From: Mobula hypostoma
Lineage: Eukaryota
Assembly: GCF_963921235.1 (NCBI RefSeq)
Contig: NC_086108.1
Coordinates: forward strand, 55,430,001-55,494,000
DNA length: 64,000 nucleotides
Direction: 5' to 3'
Both the position numbers and the translations under genes were made by a program. Of this stretch, positions 36,690-50,250 are shown piece after piece (the first letter of the stretch is position 1; each line of letters begins with the position of its first letter). The notes below the pieces were generated by a model. It did no database searches. It worked only from the letters and a program-made list of their open reading frames with translations, and was not told the origin of the DNA.

Positions 36690-38010
36690 TTTAAGCAGCA
36701 TCTATGGATGAAGGGTATTAATCTGAAAAGTCATCTGCACATTTCCTTCCATAAATGCTACCTGACCTGGTGAGTTCTTCCTACCTTTTCAGGTTTTGTG
36801 ACATCTTCAAGATCAAAGATATCCATATCACCAGCAACTTTCATACGGTTATGGTGATTCTGGTAAACTGATCACCATCTGTCCCTTTCCCCTCTTCGCC
36901 TGGCCCATGTCACACATTCTTCAAACACTCCCCAAAGTTCTTCCTTCAGTCCTGACGAACGGTTTCAGCCCGAAACGCCGACTAATCTTTTCAACTGATG
37001 CTGACTGACCTGCTGAGTTCCTCCAGCGCATTGTGAGTATCTCTTCCCCTTCTCAACTTTGTCATCAGCCCATTACTCATATGCTTCTCCACTAATTCCC
37101 TTCCCCAGCTCCTTCCCTTTATTCCATGTTCCACCTTCCTCTCCTATTAGATTGCATAATATTCAGTCCTTTGACACTTCAACTGCAGCTTCTGATGCAA
37201 TTCCCACTCTCCGCTCAACATACATGCTGTCAGTTGTAGGCCACCCATGTACAATATAAGACTACGGACACATGTGTTGGTTTGGGAATGAGTAGAAGAA
37301 ATAGAATGGCTAGCAACTGGGAGATCTGGATGGCTGGGTGAATGGAGCACAAAAACTCAATGAAGAAGACTCCCTTCCTTTGGTCTCACTGACATAGAGG
37401 AGGTCACTTTAGAAACAATGGATGCAATTAAAGAAGGCTAGAGGAAGCTATACGAAAGACTGCCTCACCTGCGTGTTTGTGAGAGATGAGGTACAGGGAT
37501 AATGTTACATTTCTTACTGTTAGAGAGGAGGGATCACTCTCTCTCCATGACTCTCTGGTCTGGAGGGATGAGCGAAAGATGTGGCTTGCAATAGGATCAC
37601 TTTGTAGCTGGTGCAAGTTGCAAAGAATGATATGCTGAATATACAGACCGTTGGGGCTGATAGGTGAGGACCAGGTGGACTCCGACATCTACACCTCCTC
37701 CCACGCTGTCACTCATAAGGTGCTGTTCCTTTTTCTTTCTCCGTCTTTGTTACATCTACACTCGATATGAGGCCTTCCACTCCAGTGCAATTTTTAGAAA
37801 ATGGGATTTCCTCTCCTTCGCCTGTTATAGATTGAGACCTCCCCCACATATTCTCTATTTCCTGCACTTCTACTTTTACTTACTAATGCTCTGACCCCAT
37901 TTCCTCACCCACCTCCCTAGAAAGAACAGGAGTACTTTATATCCCTCCATTGATGCTGCCTTAACCACTGAGTTCTCCCAGATGCCAGCTTCTGCAGTCT
38001 TTTGTGTCTC
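36690..38010. mobile_element. Cluster of decayed Penelope-like fragments in both orientations, including a short hammerhead-bearing unit (~36930-37040)
   Basis: IQHIILCNLHQLQSDP (ORF 37428-37688) and PDLPVASH…THSQT. CAGTC-CTGACGA…GAAAC-GCC-GACT at 36947-36984 has a mutated cleavage triplet. Confidence 0.75.
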
Positions 38011-38059
38011 CTTGGAAGGCAGTGTTGATCAGGCACACTCAACATGACTTTGGTAGGAG

Positions 38060-38760
38060 GTCTTGTCTGACTAAATTGATCACTTTTTTGACAAAGTGAC
38101 AAAATATATTGGTATGCAGTTGTTAAGGAATATATCAAATGAATTTTAATCCAGATGTGTGCAAGCTGGTGTATTCTGTGAGTTCTAGTAAGGGTAGAAT
38201 ATATAACCATGCATCGTAGCCCCATGGGCAGTTCTGAGGAGCAGGGGGACCCTGCTATATATCCATATATCCAGCATAGGTAGACAACATGAAGAAAGCA
38301 TTTGAGATGTTGGCCCTTATTGGCTGGTGTGTGGAATGTAAGAGCATGGTGATCATATTACAGTAAAACTTTCATTAGACCTTAGCTGGAATACTGTGAG
38401 AATTTCTAGTCACCACAATGTAGGAAGAACTTGATTGGATTCCATCAGGATGTTGCCTAGGGTGGAAGGATTGGATAGTTTGGTTTTGTTTTATTGGAGA
38501 ACAAAGTGTAAAATTATGAGGGGCATAGAAAGGTTGTAGAGTGAGGAAGCTTTTCCCTTAAAAGAAGCATCTAAAACCAGAGGGCAGAGATCGCAGGTTG
38601 GGTGCCAGAGGGTTAGAGGAGATCCGAGGAATTGACTTAATATAGTTCCGATTTGGAATGTATTGCCTGAGAAAACACTTTTTTTTTAAACTATCTAGAT
38701 GAGCTTTTGAAAGGCAAGACATGGATTGCCTCTAGCCAATTTTTGGTAACTGGGATTATC
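38060..38760 (+). mobile_element. CR1 3' fragment, old
   Basis: Contains 'agctggaatactgtgagaatttctagtcaccaca…aaaattatgaggggcataga'. Confidence 0.75.
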
Positions 38761-41328
38761 CCTCCATTTAACAAGGCTACATTAGTCTTTCAGATTATTT
38801 TCATTTCTCTACATTTCTGAACTTCCACTTCCTCAGCATTTGAGTTTATTTTTAAAAAAAATTGAATTCACCTTTTTCTTGGTTCACTGCCCACTCACCC
38901 TGTGCTGAAAGCCATTTGTCATGGTTTTGCTTATTCATTCTGTGAATGTCCCTTTGTAATTTTATTCTGTGTAATTATTTGCTGCTATCTACAATATTTA
39001 TCTGTCTCAGCAATCAGAGACAGCTATGCAGAGTTGATCGTATGGCTCTCTATTTTGTTATATAGGTCCTTAATGAGTGTGGTGAATAGTTGGGGCCTGA
39101 ACACAATCTTTATGGTATATCATCATTCATTTCCTTCCATTTCAAATGTACATTCAATTCCTAGTGCCTTCCCTATCTCTTAACCCTCCCAATAATTTCC
39201 TTTATTCTTGTAATTTTGGAGCTGTTAATTTCTTATGTGGGCCCCTATTAACACTATGTTGTCTTTTGGAGATGCACAAAAACTGGTCTCCTGTTCAGTT
39301 AGGTTAGAGATAGTTTATTGCACAAATCCACGTTGAGTTGCAAGTAAGAAATAATTGGCATACCAGCTTTGTCGAGTTGCTACAAGTCCTGTGGATTATG
39401 CACAACACAGCAGTAAAGAAGGGAATGAAAACTCAGGACAGGCAAAGTTTGCTACTTTCTTTGGTTGGTGTTCAGCTTTCTGAACATTATACCCAACCAG
39501 AAAAGTACTGAGTATTTTATCAAGCTGTAGATTTAAGCTTTGCAGATGGAGCACAGGCCTGAAGGTGCTTTAAAATGCACCACACAATGTCCAGTAACCA
39601 GACGGTGTTATTCTGGTAACTGGGGAATTAATGTATTTGGTTCAATTAAGTTTTAAGCTTCTAGCCAGCTGTAATCCAAAGATATAAGCAGCAAGTGTTG
39701 CAGTTGTAATTGCATCATTAAAGGTAAGGTAAAGTGTCAAAGAGCTACTGAATGTGAGAATGGAAGTGGCGTGCCTCATTTGCCTTTTATGCAGCATTTC
39801 TGTTGCCCTTGTGCATGAGCTCAAAACCACTGCAAGTACTCTCTGTTGCAATTTAGGCACTCTCGAGGGGGCAAGGATATTTTGTTTTTGAAGGATACTT
39901 TGACTACACCTGTGAATCTTTTCTTCTGCCTGCTTGGAAATCTCTTCCCACTGGCGGAGATCAGAACTGATTGTTTATTCTGGGAGTCTACCATCAGCAT
40001 TTCTCTGGTTTTCTCAGCAGAGGTCCTGAAGTCTGCATTAGCATGGGTTTAACCCCATAGTGGCACCTTGACTATGCTGCCAGCTGTGCCTCTGGTGCAG
40101 AGGTGAACTCTTTGTGGAGTCTAACAAGACGGTGAGAACTTGTGCATATTTCCCAGCTTTGGGAAACCTTTCATTTGCGCAAGTCTGGAATAAGAACAGC
40201 AAGCCCTGAGAAATCAATAGGTAGAAATGGCTGCTGGCAAAACATTAATTAGACCACCACCTTCGATTTTGATTCAGTTACTTCAAATATTTTTAAAAGC
40301 ATGTGCTTTCCCTTACTGTTTTGATTCCTGCATGTGCCAGTGATTTCAACAAGCTAAAAAGACATTCATTTTCAAAAATACTGTAATTTTCCTTGAAGTT
40401 ATTCAAGTTTTTTTAAAGTGGCAGGTCAGATTAGTTTTAATATAATTTATATAGGCTTTTAAAACTTTTGCAAAGTATCATTAGTTAAAGATAAATCAGG
40501 AAACCATCTCTGCCTTGAAAAGATACATAACTTTCTAGTCTAATCTAATCTAATCTAACTTCTGCATACTAGCACGTATATTTCAGCCAAGTAGAATGAT
40601 ATCTTGTGACAGCTTCTTGGCTTTAATGTATTCTTTGAAGAAATAGATTATTTTTACTGAAGTAGGAAAGTTTATTTTTTTTTGCAATTAAACCACTTAA
40701 TGTTGAAAAAGGACACCCTATTTAGCTCTCACGGGTTGTTAATCTTTTTCATAAACTATTGGGGTGAAGTAAATCTGAATGAAAATTTCAACTCGATCTT
40801 GAATGCTTGTTCTGTATCATGCATCATCATTACCGAACCAATTGAATGTTTTGTGGTTGATGATAAATAAATGATAAGAATTTTGTAACAGTTCTTTCCA
40901 AAACAGTATTCAACAAATTACTTGGTTTTTATTTTGAAGCATTAACATTTTACTTGGGTGATGCCTTGAGCTGAATGAATTTCATGCAGTTCATTGTGTG
41001 CTTCAGAGGCCTGCTTCATCCACTAGGCGGCTTCTGACATAAATGATCACACACTGACTAATATTCAAGACATCTATCAGTACTGCTGGAGCTCTTGTAA
41101 AAAGCAGCTGGCCATCATTACGTGTGGCAAGATAGTCTGGACAAGTCTAAGGTTTACAGGGGTTTCTTTTTATTGAAATTGTTTATTTAAATTTTTGCTT
41201 TAAGAGCAAAATATTTTTAACAGCTGCTTAATGTTGTTGTGCTGAAACCTTTTCCTACCAGCAAGAATATCTGAATGCAACACGGGACAAGAATTTTCAA
41301 TGGCACAAATTTGTTGAACATGAACAAA

Positions 41329-41567
41329 ATGACAACAAAGGACGTTTTTCGTTGTGAGCTCACGGCTCCTGAAGAGGATTCTTGCATTAGGATTTTTAAA
41401 GAGCATATGCATTTGGAACTGGAACCGTCCAAATTAACAGAAAAGAGAGCCACCTCTCCTAAAATCTCTCCTCGGAGCTCCCCAAGAAATTCTCCACGTC
41501 TGTTTAGAAAGTTGTTGGTGAATAAAAGCATTCGTCAACGCCGACGGTTTACTGTTGCACATACATG
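41329..41567 (+). CDS. PDE4B: Isoform-specific first coding exon of long-form cAMP phosphodiesterase 4B (PDE4B3-type N-terminus)
   Basis: Encodes MTTKDVFRCELTAPEEDSCIRIFKEHMHLELEPSKLTEKRATSPKISPRSSPRNSPRLFRKLLVNKSIRQRRRFTVAHT, matching the PDE4B3 N-terminus as I recall it (MTAKD…CIKTFKEQMHLELE…TSPKISPRSSPRNSP…RKLLVNKSIRQRRRFTVAHTC). Ends TG|GTAAGA, a phase-2 donor that completes Cys in the next exon. The ATG has A at -3. In-frame upstream ATGs lie at 41275 and 41320. Confidence 0.93.
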
Positions 41568-42929
41568 GTAAGAGCTTAATTACAGGAATATGTATTTTTA
41601 AATTTTAGATAAAATGGGTCATGGGGGACATTCTAATAAAAATTATCAGCAAAATGAATAGAATTAGAGGAATTGCATTAGATTAATAATATACCTTGTT
41701 ATCTATTGTGTAAGAAATAAATTCATTGTACTTTTTCTGCAAGGCAAACTGGGAAGCATGACCCATTGATAACAAGCTTAGCATGTTTACTATTGAAAAT
41801 GTCTTGTTGAGAGCTTGCAATGCAGTGATGGTTAGCAATGATTGCAGTTGCACCTGCAGAACAGCTGTATCAGCAGCACAGTGAATAAGCCCCTTTATCA
41901 TGTCATTGCAAAGTGTGTGGTTCTAAATTGTATCCCTTTGTAATTGAAGGACACTGATAAAGATCTCTTCAAGGGCCAAGTATTGATACCATCACTGCTT
42001 TGCTTTCAGGATTATTCACAGGAATACAGCAGTGTTACTAAATTTAAAAAAAACAGTTGTAAATACGATTCTATTGGCTGGTGTGAAATATCTGCAGTGT
42101 AGGAGCCACTTGTGTTATAATTTAACTCTGAAGCAGGTCCCATGCTATCATTTTAACTAAAAATAATTTCTGGCAGATAGTTATTATTGGGTTAAGTGAG
42201 AGAGCCAAATTTAAAATTCTCTGTGTGTTTTCCTGTTGAAGGTATAGTGTTCCTCCCTCAGCTGTTAATGAACTGCTCCATTGATGACATCGTGGTCTGA
42301 CTCTGATGCTGCTCTCAATTTGTTCAGCCCATGATATCATCCAATAGAACGGCTCATAGATCAGAATGGGGTGCTTCGTAACTTTGGCATTTATATTTTA
42401 AGGTGTACACATGAGTTTATAATTAATTATTCAGATAAAATTGTCATTCTATTTATTGCTAGCAGAATTTTTAAAGTCATTTGTTATTACATAAACCTCA
42501 AAGTTCGTCACAGCCTCTGTTGTGGCAACACAGTGGTACTCATGATATCATTTGGAACCACTCACCACCCACTTCTTATTCTCCCATTGCACTTAGCAAT
42601 CTTGTTGCTCTAAATACCTCTGGTCTTCCTCCTCCGTGTGTGAAATGCTAGCAGCACTGGTATTCAGTTTCTCTCTTCTTCTCCTAGTTGATTAAGAGCA
42701 AACATTAATATCAGAAAGGTTACCCAACAATAGCAGAGTGACTGAAAGAGATACATTATAGAAAATAACACCCATGTTGCCTGGCTGCAGAGTGTGGCAC
42801 AATGGAGGTTTCTTCTCGAAGGTGCACCTCTTTGAATACAGTTCATGACAAAATGTAACCAGTGTTCTGCTAACTGGGCAGAGGGTCTTTTATTCAGTAG
42901 TTATGAGTTTTGATTTTGCTTTCAAGCTA

Positions 42930-43262
42930 TTCCATGTTAATCCAGAGATTCAGGTTCAAATCTCATCACAGCAGTTAGAGAATTTAATTTCAGTTAATTA
43001 AATGTCTGGAATGAAAGGTCAGCATCCGGACTGATGACTGTGAATCTAACAAATTGACGTGAAAATACATCCAGTTCAATAATGCCTTAAGGGAAAGAAA
43101 TCTCTCCCTGTCTGGACAGTATATGACTCCAGTCCCCAGGCAATGTGATTTACTGGTAACGTCTTTCTGAAGTGACCTAGGAAACCACTCAGTTGGAAGG
43201 CAATTGGGAATGGGCACAAAATGTTGATCCTGTCAGTAGCGACCATGTTCGGTGAATTAAAA
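42930..43262 (+). mobile_element. Old tRNA-derived SINE of elasmobranch type
   Basis: B-box-like GGTTCAAAT (42953-42961). The body 'gggaaagaaatct…tgactccag…ccactcagttggaaggcaattgggaatgggc' resembles a common shark/ray SINE (recalled, not searched). Confidence 0.6.
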
Positions 43263-43542
43263 TATAGTTTCAGCAGATTGGAATTTTGCTAACAGGTTAG
43301 TGCTTACGATAGTTTAAATTTACTTTATCTATTAATCTATTTCCTTTTCAACACATTCATTTACCTGTTTGCAGATGCTTGCTCCACTTGCAATTAATAT
43401 GTGAAAAGAGTAAGTTTAAAACTAGCATTAAAGAGATCAATAAAGTCCAGCTGCATACCAAATTATTCTGAATTCGCCTTGCTAAATTGCATCAAATCAG
43501 CGAGGGCTTTTATATTTGTTTTCCTTGAACCATAAAAAGTCA

Positions 43543-44715
43543 GTCATACAGCATAGAAAAGGACCCATTAGCCCAACCAGTCTATGCCAATCAAAATGCC
43601 TATCTAAGCTAGTAATTAGCATGTGTTTGCCCTGCATCCCTCTATCTGTACATGTCCCAGTGCATTTTAAATGTTGTTTAATGCACCTGCCTTTGCTGCA
43701 TCTTCTGGCAGCACATTCCACATACGAACCACTCACTGGGGTAAAATGTTGCCTCTCAATTGCTTATTAAATCTCTCCCCTCTCACCTTAAAAGTATGCC
43801 CTCTGTTTCTTTACCTAGCCTTGGTGGGGTTGGGCGGTGGGGGGGGGGTGAACTATGCTTTCACTTTTACCTATGCCTTTTATGATTTTGTACATCTCTA
43901 TCAAACAACTCCCCCCCCCCATTCTTCTACATTCCTAGCCTGCTCAACCTCTCTCTACAACTTAATCCCTCAAAACCTGGCAACATTCTCAAATCTCTTC
44001 TGCACTGTTTTCAGCTTAAAGGCATCTCTCCTATAGCAGAATGAACTGGACACAATATCCTCAATGCAGCCTCACCACCATCTTGTACAAAAGCATCGTA
44101 CTATCCCAATTTTTATAATCCGTGCACTGACAGATGAAAGCCAGCATATCAAAAGCCCCCTTCACCATCCTATCCACCTGCAATGTCACTTCTAGGGAAC
44201 TATGAACTCCTAGGCTCCACTGTCCTACAAGACTAGCCAGGCCCTACTGTTCACTGTAAAGTCTGACTCTTATTTTTCGTCCCAAAATGCAACAGTTCAC
44301 ACTTATCAGAATGAAACTTCACTTGCCATTCCTCAGTCTGCTTATCCAGCTGATCAAGATTCTGCTGTAATCTTTGATAAAGCCATCTTCACTCTTTGAC
44401 ACCACATATGTTGATGCCATCTGCATATTTACTAGCCATGTCCTTATTCATTCTTATCCAAATCATTGATATAATTTGCTAACAACAATGGACCTAGCAC
44501 CAACCCTTGAAGCACACAACTACTCATAGGCCTCTGGAAACAACCTTCCACCATCATCCTCAGTTTCCTACCATTAATATAATTATGTATCCAATTATCT
44601 AGGTCTCCCTGGATCCAATGCAAAATAACTTTCTATAGCATTGTATCATATGGAACCTTATCAAAGTCCAAATGGATTACATCTACCTCCCTGCCTTTAT
44701 CTTCTTGATTACTTC
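43543..44715 (-). mobile_element. CR1 LINE 3' portion, decayed
   Basis: Tail 'gtcatacagcatagaaaaggaccc' followed by reverse-complement RT sequence. Confidence 0.85.
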
Positions 44716-44739
44716 CTCTAACAGTTCATTCAGGTACTC

Positions 44740-45315
44740 ACTATACTCTCTGTAAAGTTATTGCTGAAGTCTCTGTGTAAAATCTTTGTATCCTCTAGGT
44801 TTAGACTCTGGAACACTGGGGAATAGACTATGACTGTCCACCTTATCCACACCCTTTACAGTTTTCTAAACCTTTTTGAGGTCACCCCTTATCCTTCTGT
44901 GCTTCAGGGATTACAGATCCAGCGCGGCCAGCCTCTCCCTATAACTCAGGCTCTCGAGTCTAGACGTTAACATAGTGTATCTCTTCTGTAACCTCCCTAG
45001 CTTGACATCTTTCCTATAATAGTGACCAAAACTGTACTCCAAGTGAAGCATCACAGATGACTTGTATAACTGGAATGTAATATCCCTACTCCTAAACTTG
45101 ATGCCCTGACTGATGAAGGCCAGCATGCTAGGCACCATCTTCACCTCCTTGTCAACCTGTGTAGATGTTTTCAGTGAACTGTGCACTTGTACTTCCTGGT
45201 CCCTCTGCTCCACACTCTTATTCGTATCCTGTCATTCATTATGTAAGTCTCACGCAAGTTTGACTGTCGAAATGCATCATTTCACACTTATCTAAGTGGA
45301 AGTCCATTTGCCATT
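44740..45315 (-). mobile_element. CR1 fragment
   Basis: ORF 44911-45213 (VQVHSSLK…MLAFISQGI…HLEYS). Confidence 0.85.
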
Positions 45316-47870
45316 AGACTCATAGAGCACTGCAGCACAGAAAGAGGCTGTTTGACCATCCTAATCAATGTTGAATTGTTATTCTGCCTATTCCCATCAA
45401 CCCATCCCAGGACCATTGCTCTCCATACTCCCTTCCATTCACGTACTTAATCAAACCCCTTAAATGTCGGAATAGAGCCCATATCCACCACTTCTGCTGG
45501 CAGATTATTCACTCTCACCACCCTCTGGGTGAAGAATTTCCCCCTCAAGTTCTCATTAAATATTTCAATCTTTATCCTTAACCTATGAATTCCAGTTCTA
45601 GTCTCACCCAACCTCGGGGGGGGGGGTGCGGGGGGAAGCCCCCTCATAATTTTGTATAACTCTATCAAATCTCCCGTCAGTTTCCTGCACTCCAGGGAAT
45701 CAAGTTCTAACCTATTCAACTTTTCCCGATAACTCAGGTCCTCAAATCCCAGCAACATCCTTGTAAATTTTCTCTGTACTCTTTCAATCTTAATCACATC
45801 CTTCCAGTAGCTATGTGACCAGACTGTGCACAATACTCCAAATTAGGCCTTACCAAGGTCTTAAACAGATCCAACATAACATCCCAACTCCTATACTTAA
45901 TAATTTGATTTATGAAGGCCAATGTGCCAAAAGCACTTTTTACAACCCTATCTATTTGTGACGCTACTTTCAAGGAATTAAGGATCTGTATTCACAGATC
46001 CCTCTGTTCTACCGCAGTCTTCAGTGTGCTATCATTCACGATGTGAGCCCTGCCCTGGTTTGCCCTGTCATAGTCCCTCGCCTCACACTTGTCTGCATTA
46101 ACTTACATTTGCCATTTTTCAGCCCACTTTTCCAAGTGGTGCAGATCCTGCTCCAAACTTTTATAGCCTTCCTCGCTGTCCATTACAGCCCCAATCTCGT
46201 ATCTTCCACAAATTGCTGATCTAGTTTACCACATGAATATCCAGATTGTTGACATGGATGACAAATACAACTGACCCAGCAGCTCAGCACATGTTACGGG
46301 CCTCCAATCAGAGGACCAACCATTTACTACCACTCTTTGGTTTCTCATGTGAAGCCAATGTCTAATCCAATTTACTAACTCATCCTGAATATCAAGAGAC
46401 TGATCCTTCTTGACTAACCTCCCATGTGGGAGTTTGTCAAAGGCCTTGCTAAAGTTCATGTAGACAACAACCACTGCAGTTCCTTCATTAACTTTCCTGA
46501 TAAGCTCTTCGAAAAACTCTATGATTGGTTAGACATGACTCACCATGCATAGCCATATTGACAATCTCGAATCAGTTCCAGTCTGTCCTAATACTTAAGT
46601 ATCCATTCCCTCAGATATGGATATAATTTCAATAATTTTCAATGATTTGCAATAATTTACTCACTACTGACAGCAAGATCATTTGACTATAATTTTATGG
46701 CTTATTGTTCAGAATCTGAATCATCACTGGTATGTTGTGAAATGTGTTGTTTTGCAGCAACAGTACAGTGCAAATTACAATTATTTTATATATACGTATA
46801 TAGCAAAAAGAGAGCAAAAAAGAAAAAAACAGTAGTGAAATAGTGTTCATGAATTCATTCTCCCTCAGAAATCTTATGGCAGAGGGGAAAAAACTGTTCT
46901 TAAAAACACTGGATATGTGTCTTCAGGCTCCCCTACCACCACCTTGATGGTAGCAATAAAATGAGGGCATGTCCTGGGTGATGGGGGCCTTCATGATGGA
47001 TGCTATCTTTCTAAGTCTTCACCTTTTGAAGACGTCCTGGATGTTGTGGAGTGTCCATGAAGGAACTGACTGAGTTTACAACCTTGTGCAACTTTTTCTG
47101 TTCCTGTGCGGTGCTTATCCACACCAGATGGTGATGCAATCAGTTAGAATGCTCTCTACAGTAAATCTGTAGACATTTCTTAGATCTTGGTGGTATACAA
47201 AGTCTCCTCAAAATCCTCATGAAATGTAGCTGCTGTCGCGCATTCTTTGTAATTGTGTCATTATGTTGAGCCCAGGTAGATCTTTAGATACGTTGGCACC
47301 TGGGAACTTGAAACTGTTCACCCTTTCCACTGCTGATACCTCAATGAGGACTGAAGCGTGTTCCCTTAACTCCTTTTCCTGAAATCCACAATGAATTCCT
47401 TGGTCTTACTGATGTTGAGTGCAAGGGTGTTTTTGTGACACCATTTAACTAGCTGATTTATCTCACTCCCGTACACCTCTTCATCACCATTTGAAATACT
47501 GCCAACTATAGTTGTGTCATTAACAAATTTATAGTAGGCACCTGAGCTGTGCCGAGCCACAAAACTCAAGGGGGTAGAGAGAGTACAGCAGTAAACTAAG
47601 CACACATTCTTGAAGTGTGCCTTAGAGCCTTTACTGGACATCAGAACAATAGTAGCCATCATCCAGTCATCTGACACCTCACCCAGAGTGGCTAAGGATG
47701 TGTTAATTATCTCTGTCAGGGCCTCTTCAGTTTCTGTACTGGCCTCCCATGAGGTCTGAGGGGACTTCTTGTCATTCCCTGGGGATTTATCCATCCTAGT
47801 TTTCCACATGACTGCAGGCACCTTCTATAATCCATATGTGGTCCATGACCTCACTGCTGCTTTACCTCTC
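45316..47870 (-). mobile_element. CR1 LINE split by a Rex insertion (parts 45316-~46710 and ~47616-47870)
   Basis: ORFs 45447-45833, 46226-46474 (VYMNFSKAFDK) and the N-terminal half of 47366-47821 (DKSPG…DDWMMATIV). Confidence 0.88.
46711..47615 (-). mobile_element. Rex1/Babar-like LINE 3' portion
   Basis: YKFVNDTTIVGSISNGDEEVY…LNISKTKEFIVDFRK. Tail 'agaatctgaatc'. Confidence 0.85.
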
Positions 47871-47874
47871 TTCT

Positions 47875-49660
47875 CTTTACAATGCGTTGCAACTTGCATC
47901 ACTATCAACAGGACCTCTAATTCAGTATAACCTGCTAATTATGTCGTGTATCAGAATCAAATTATTTATCTGAATAATAAACAACAGTTGCCAATACCTA
48001 TCCCTGGGGCACGCCACTGGTCACAAGCTTCCAGTCAGAATCATCCTTCAACCGTAACTCTCTGCTTCCTATCATCAAGCCAATTCTGAATCTATCTCAC
48101 GATTTGTCAGATAGGATTTTCCACATACAAAACCATTCTGACTATTCCTAATTTAGCCTTGACTATCGAAGTAGTGGTATAACTTGTCCTTCAGAATTCC
48201 CTCCAATAATTTCCCTACAACTGAAGTCGGGCTTGTTGGCCAAGATTTCCCTGGCCTATCCTTGCTCACCTTCTTGAACAATGGAACAACAGTAACCACC
48301 CTTTAGTTCTCTGGAATTTACCAGCAGCTAATGATGAAGCAAATATCTCTACAAGGGCCTCTGTGATTTCTTCAGTGATCTTCCGTAAGGTCCTATGTGT
48401 ACTTATTCAGGCCCTGGAAATCTGCTCACTTAAATAATCTTCAAGGCTGTAAATACCTCCTTCCTTATAATATACATATGAAGCAAGACCCCACTATTTA
48501 TTATCTACATTTCTTTGGCATCCACAATATTCTCATTAGTAAAAGTCAGCCATCTCCTGTGGGTTCATACAAAGAGGGACCAAATGATAATTAACTGTAT
48601 CTGGTCATCCTTTTACAGGTCTGTAGTTCCCAAGTTTATCTTTGCTCCTTTTCTGAGATGGTTCTCTGGCACCTCACCTGTGGCGAATGATGATGCATAT
48701 TTCTCAGCCAGGTCTCCCAGAATTTCTCCTTTAGCTTCTCACAGTGTTCTAGGATATATCTGAACATGCCCCAGAGATTTATCTGCCTTCATGTATAATA
48801 ACATGGCTAGCAGCACCTCTGCTGTAATATGGAATATTTGCAAGACATCACCATTAACCAATTTAAGTTCCATAGTCTTCATGTATTTCTCCATAGTAAA
48901 AACAGTAGAAATGTTTATTGATTACCTTGCCCATTTTCTCTGGCTCCAAACAGCAATGTCCACTTTGGTCTTTTGCTAGTTACTTTCTCCCATATAATTA
49001 TATATTTCATATAATTATGAAATGTCTTTGGGTTTTCCTTGGTGTTCTCTGCTGAAATTACATTATTATTTTCATTTTTGCTCTTCTGATTGCCTTATTA
49101 AATATGGTCCCACATCCACTGTTCTGTTCCAGGGATTCCCTTGATCCCAGCTACTTTTAATGACCCAGCTCTCTTCATTTTCTTTATCATTTCCTCAGTA
49201 TCCCTCATCATTCAAAGTTTCCCATGCCTGCCTGCCTTGCCCTTCACTCTGAAAGAAATATGCAAACGTTGAGCTCTCATTTGCTGAAGATCCCTTTTCA
49301 TACAAACAACCTATTTAAATTAACTTTTGCAAGTTCCTGTCTAATACCATTTAAAATTTGCCTTGTCACAGTTTTGGCCTTTAATTTGTGGACCCAATCT
49401 GCCCCTTTGTATAACTAACTTAAATCTAATAGATCTATGATCACTGGTCCCAAAGTGCTCCCGTACTGACACCTCAATCGCTAGTCCTGCCTTATTCCCC
49501 AAGCGTAGATCAAGTTTTGCCCTCTCCTTAGTAGCACCTTCTATATATTGCCTAAGCAAACGTTCCTGAACACACTTAACAAATTCCCCCACATCTTAGC
49601 CTTAGCACTATGACAGTCCCAGTCTACATTAGGCAGTTTAAAATCTCCTATAATTATAAG
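47875..49660 (-). mobile_element. Two adjacent decayed CR1 ORF2 fragments (RT region, then linker/endonuclease C-terminus)
   Basis: ORF 49341-49592 (FVKCVQE…LDLRLGN…EHFGTSDHRSIRF) matches the CR1 AP-endonuclease end. 47875-48570 resembles reverse-complement RT. Confidence 0.8.
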
Positions 49661-50019
49661 CATGTTTTAGCATGTTTGACTTAATTTTTCTCAAGTAACA
49701 TTGTCCTTGGTCTTTGAAGCTATTGAATTAGCATTGTGATAATTAATATTATGCAGAGATAATTTGTCTTTTCTCATGTTTCCTGCACAGTGACCACTAT
49801 TAGAACATGATTAAAAAAAAGAAAGCTGGGTCTAATTCTCTGGGAAAACCATCAATAGTGCCATGACTATGACTAAGGACTGAGTTATCCTTTATTTTTT
49901 CCTTCATGGGCTAAAGGAGTGAACACCAGCTATAGGAATCCTCTGGTTGTTTTAAACAACATTTATCCAGGGTAAATTAGAAAATAATGATGGGATTTCA
50001 ATAAAAATATTGCCATAAT

Positions 50020-50250
50020 AGCACATGTATTTAAGGTAGGAGAGTGATGTTTAAAGGAGATGTGTAGGGCAGTTTTAATTTGTACAGTGTGGCAGGTGAG
50101 TGGAAGTTGTAATTGCAGCAGTCACAATAGTGGTGTTTAACAGGCTATGAGATGCACATGAGGGGAATGGAGGATCATGGATTACTTACAGGCAGAAGAA
50201 AGTTGGTTGAATTCAAGGGCCTGCTCCTTGCAGTAATGTTCTATGTTATA
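50020..50250 (+). mobile_element. CR1 3' tail remnant
   Basis: Contains 'tttaaaggagatgtgtagggc…aagggcctgctccttgcagtaatgttctatgtt'. Confidence 0.7.

Noticed and set aside
40539..40558. (TCTAA)4 as the tail of a Rex insertion
   Set aside because: No Rex body adjacent; treated as a simple microsatellite.
41217..41531. 104-aa antisense ORF overlapping the PDE4B exon
   Set aside because: Shadow frame of the real exon with no independent support.
41566..41571. TGG TAA as the true end of a 98-aa protein
   Set aside because: The stop lies within the GTAAGA splice donor; homology indicates splicing after TG.
47366..47821. 151-aa ORF as a single RT-like gene
   Set aside because: Chance in-frame fusion of a CR1 fragment and a nested Rex fragment.
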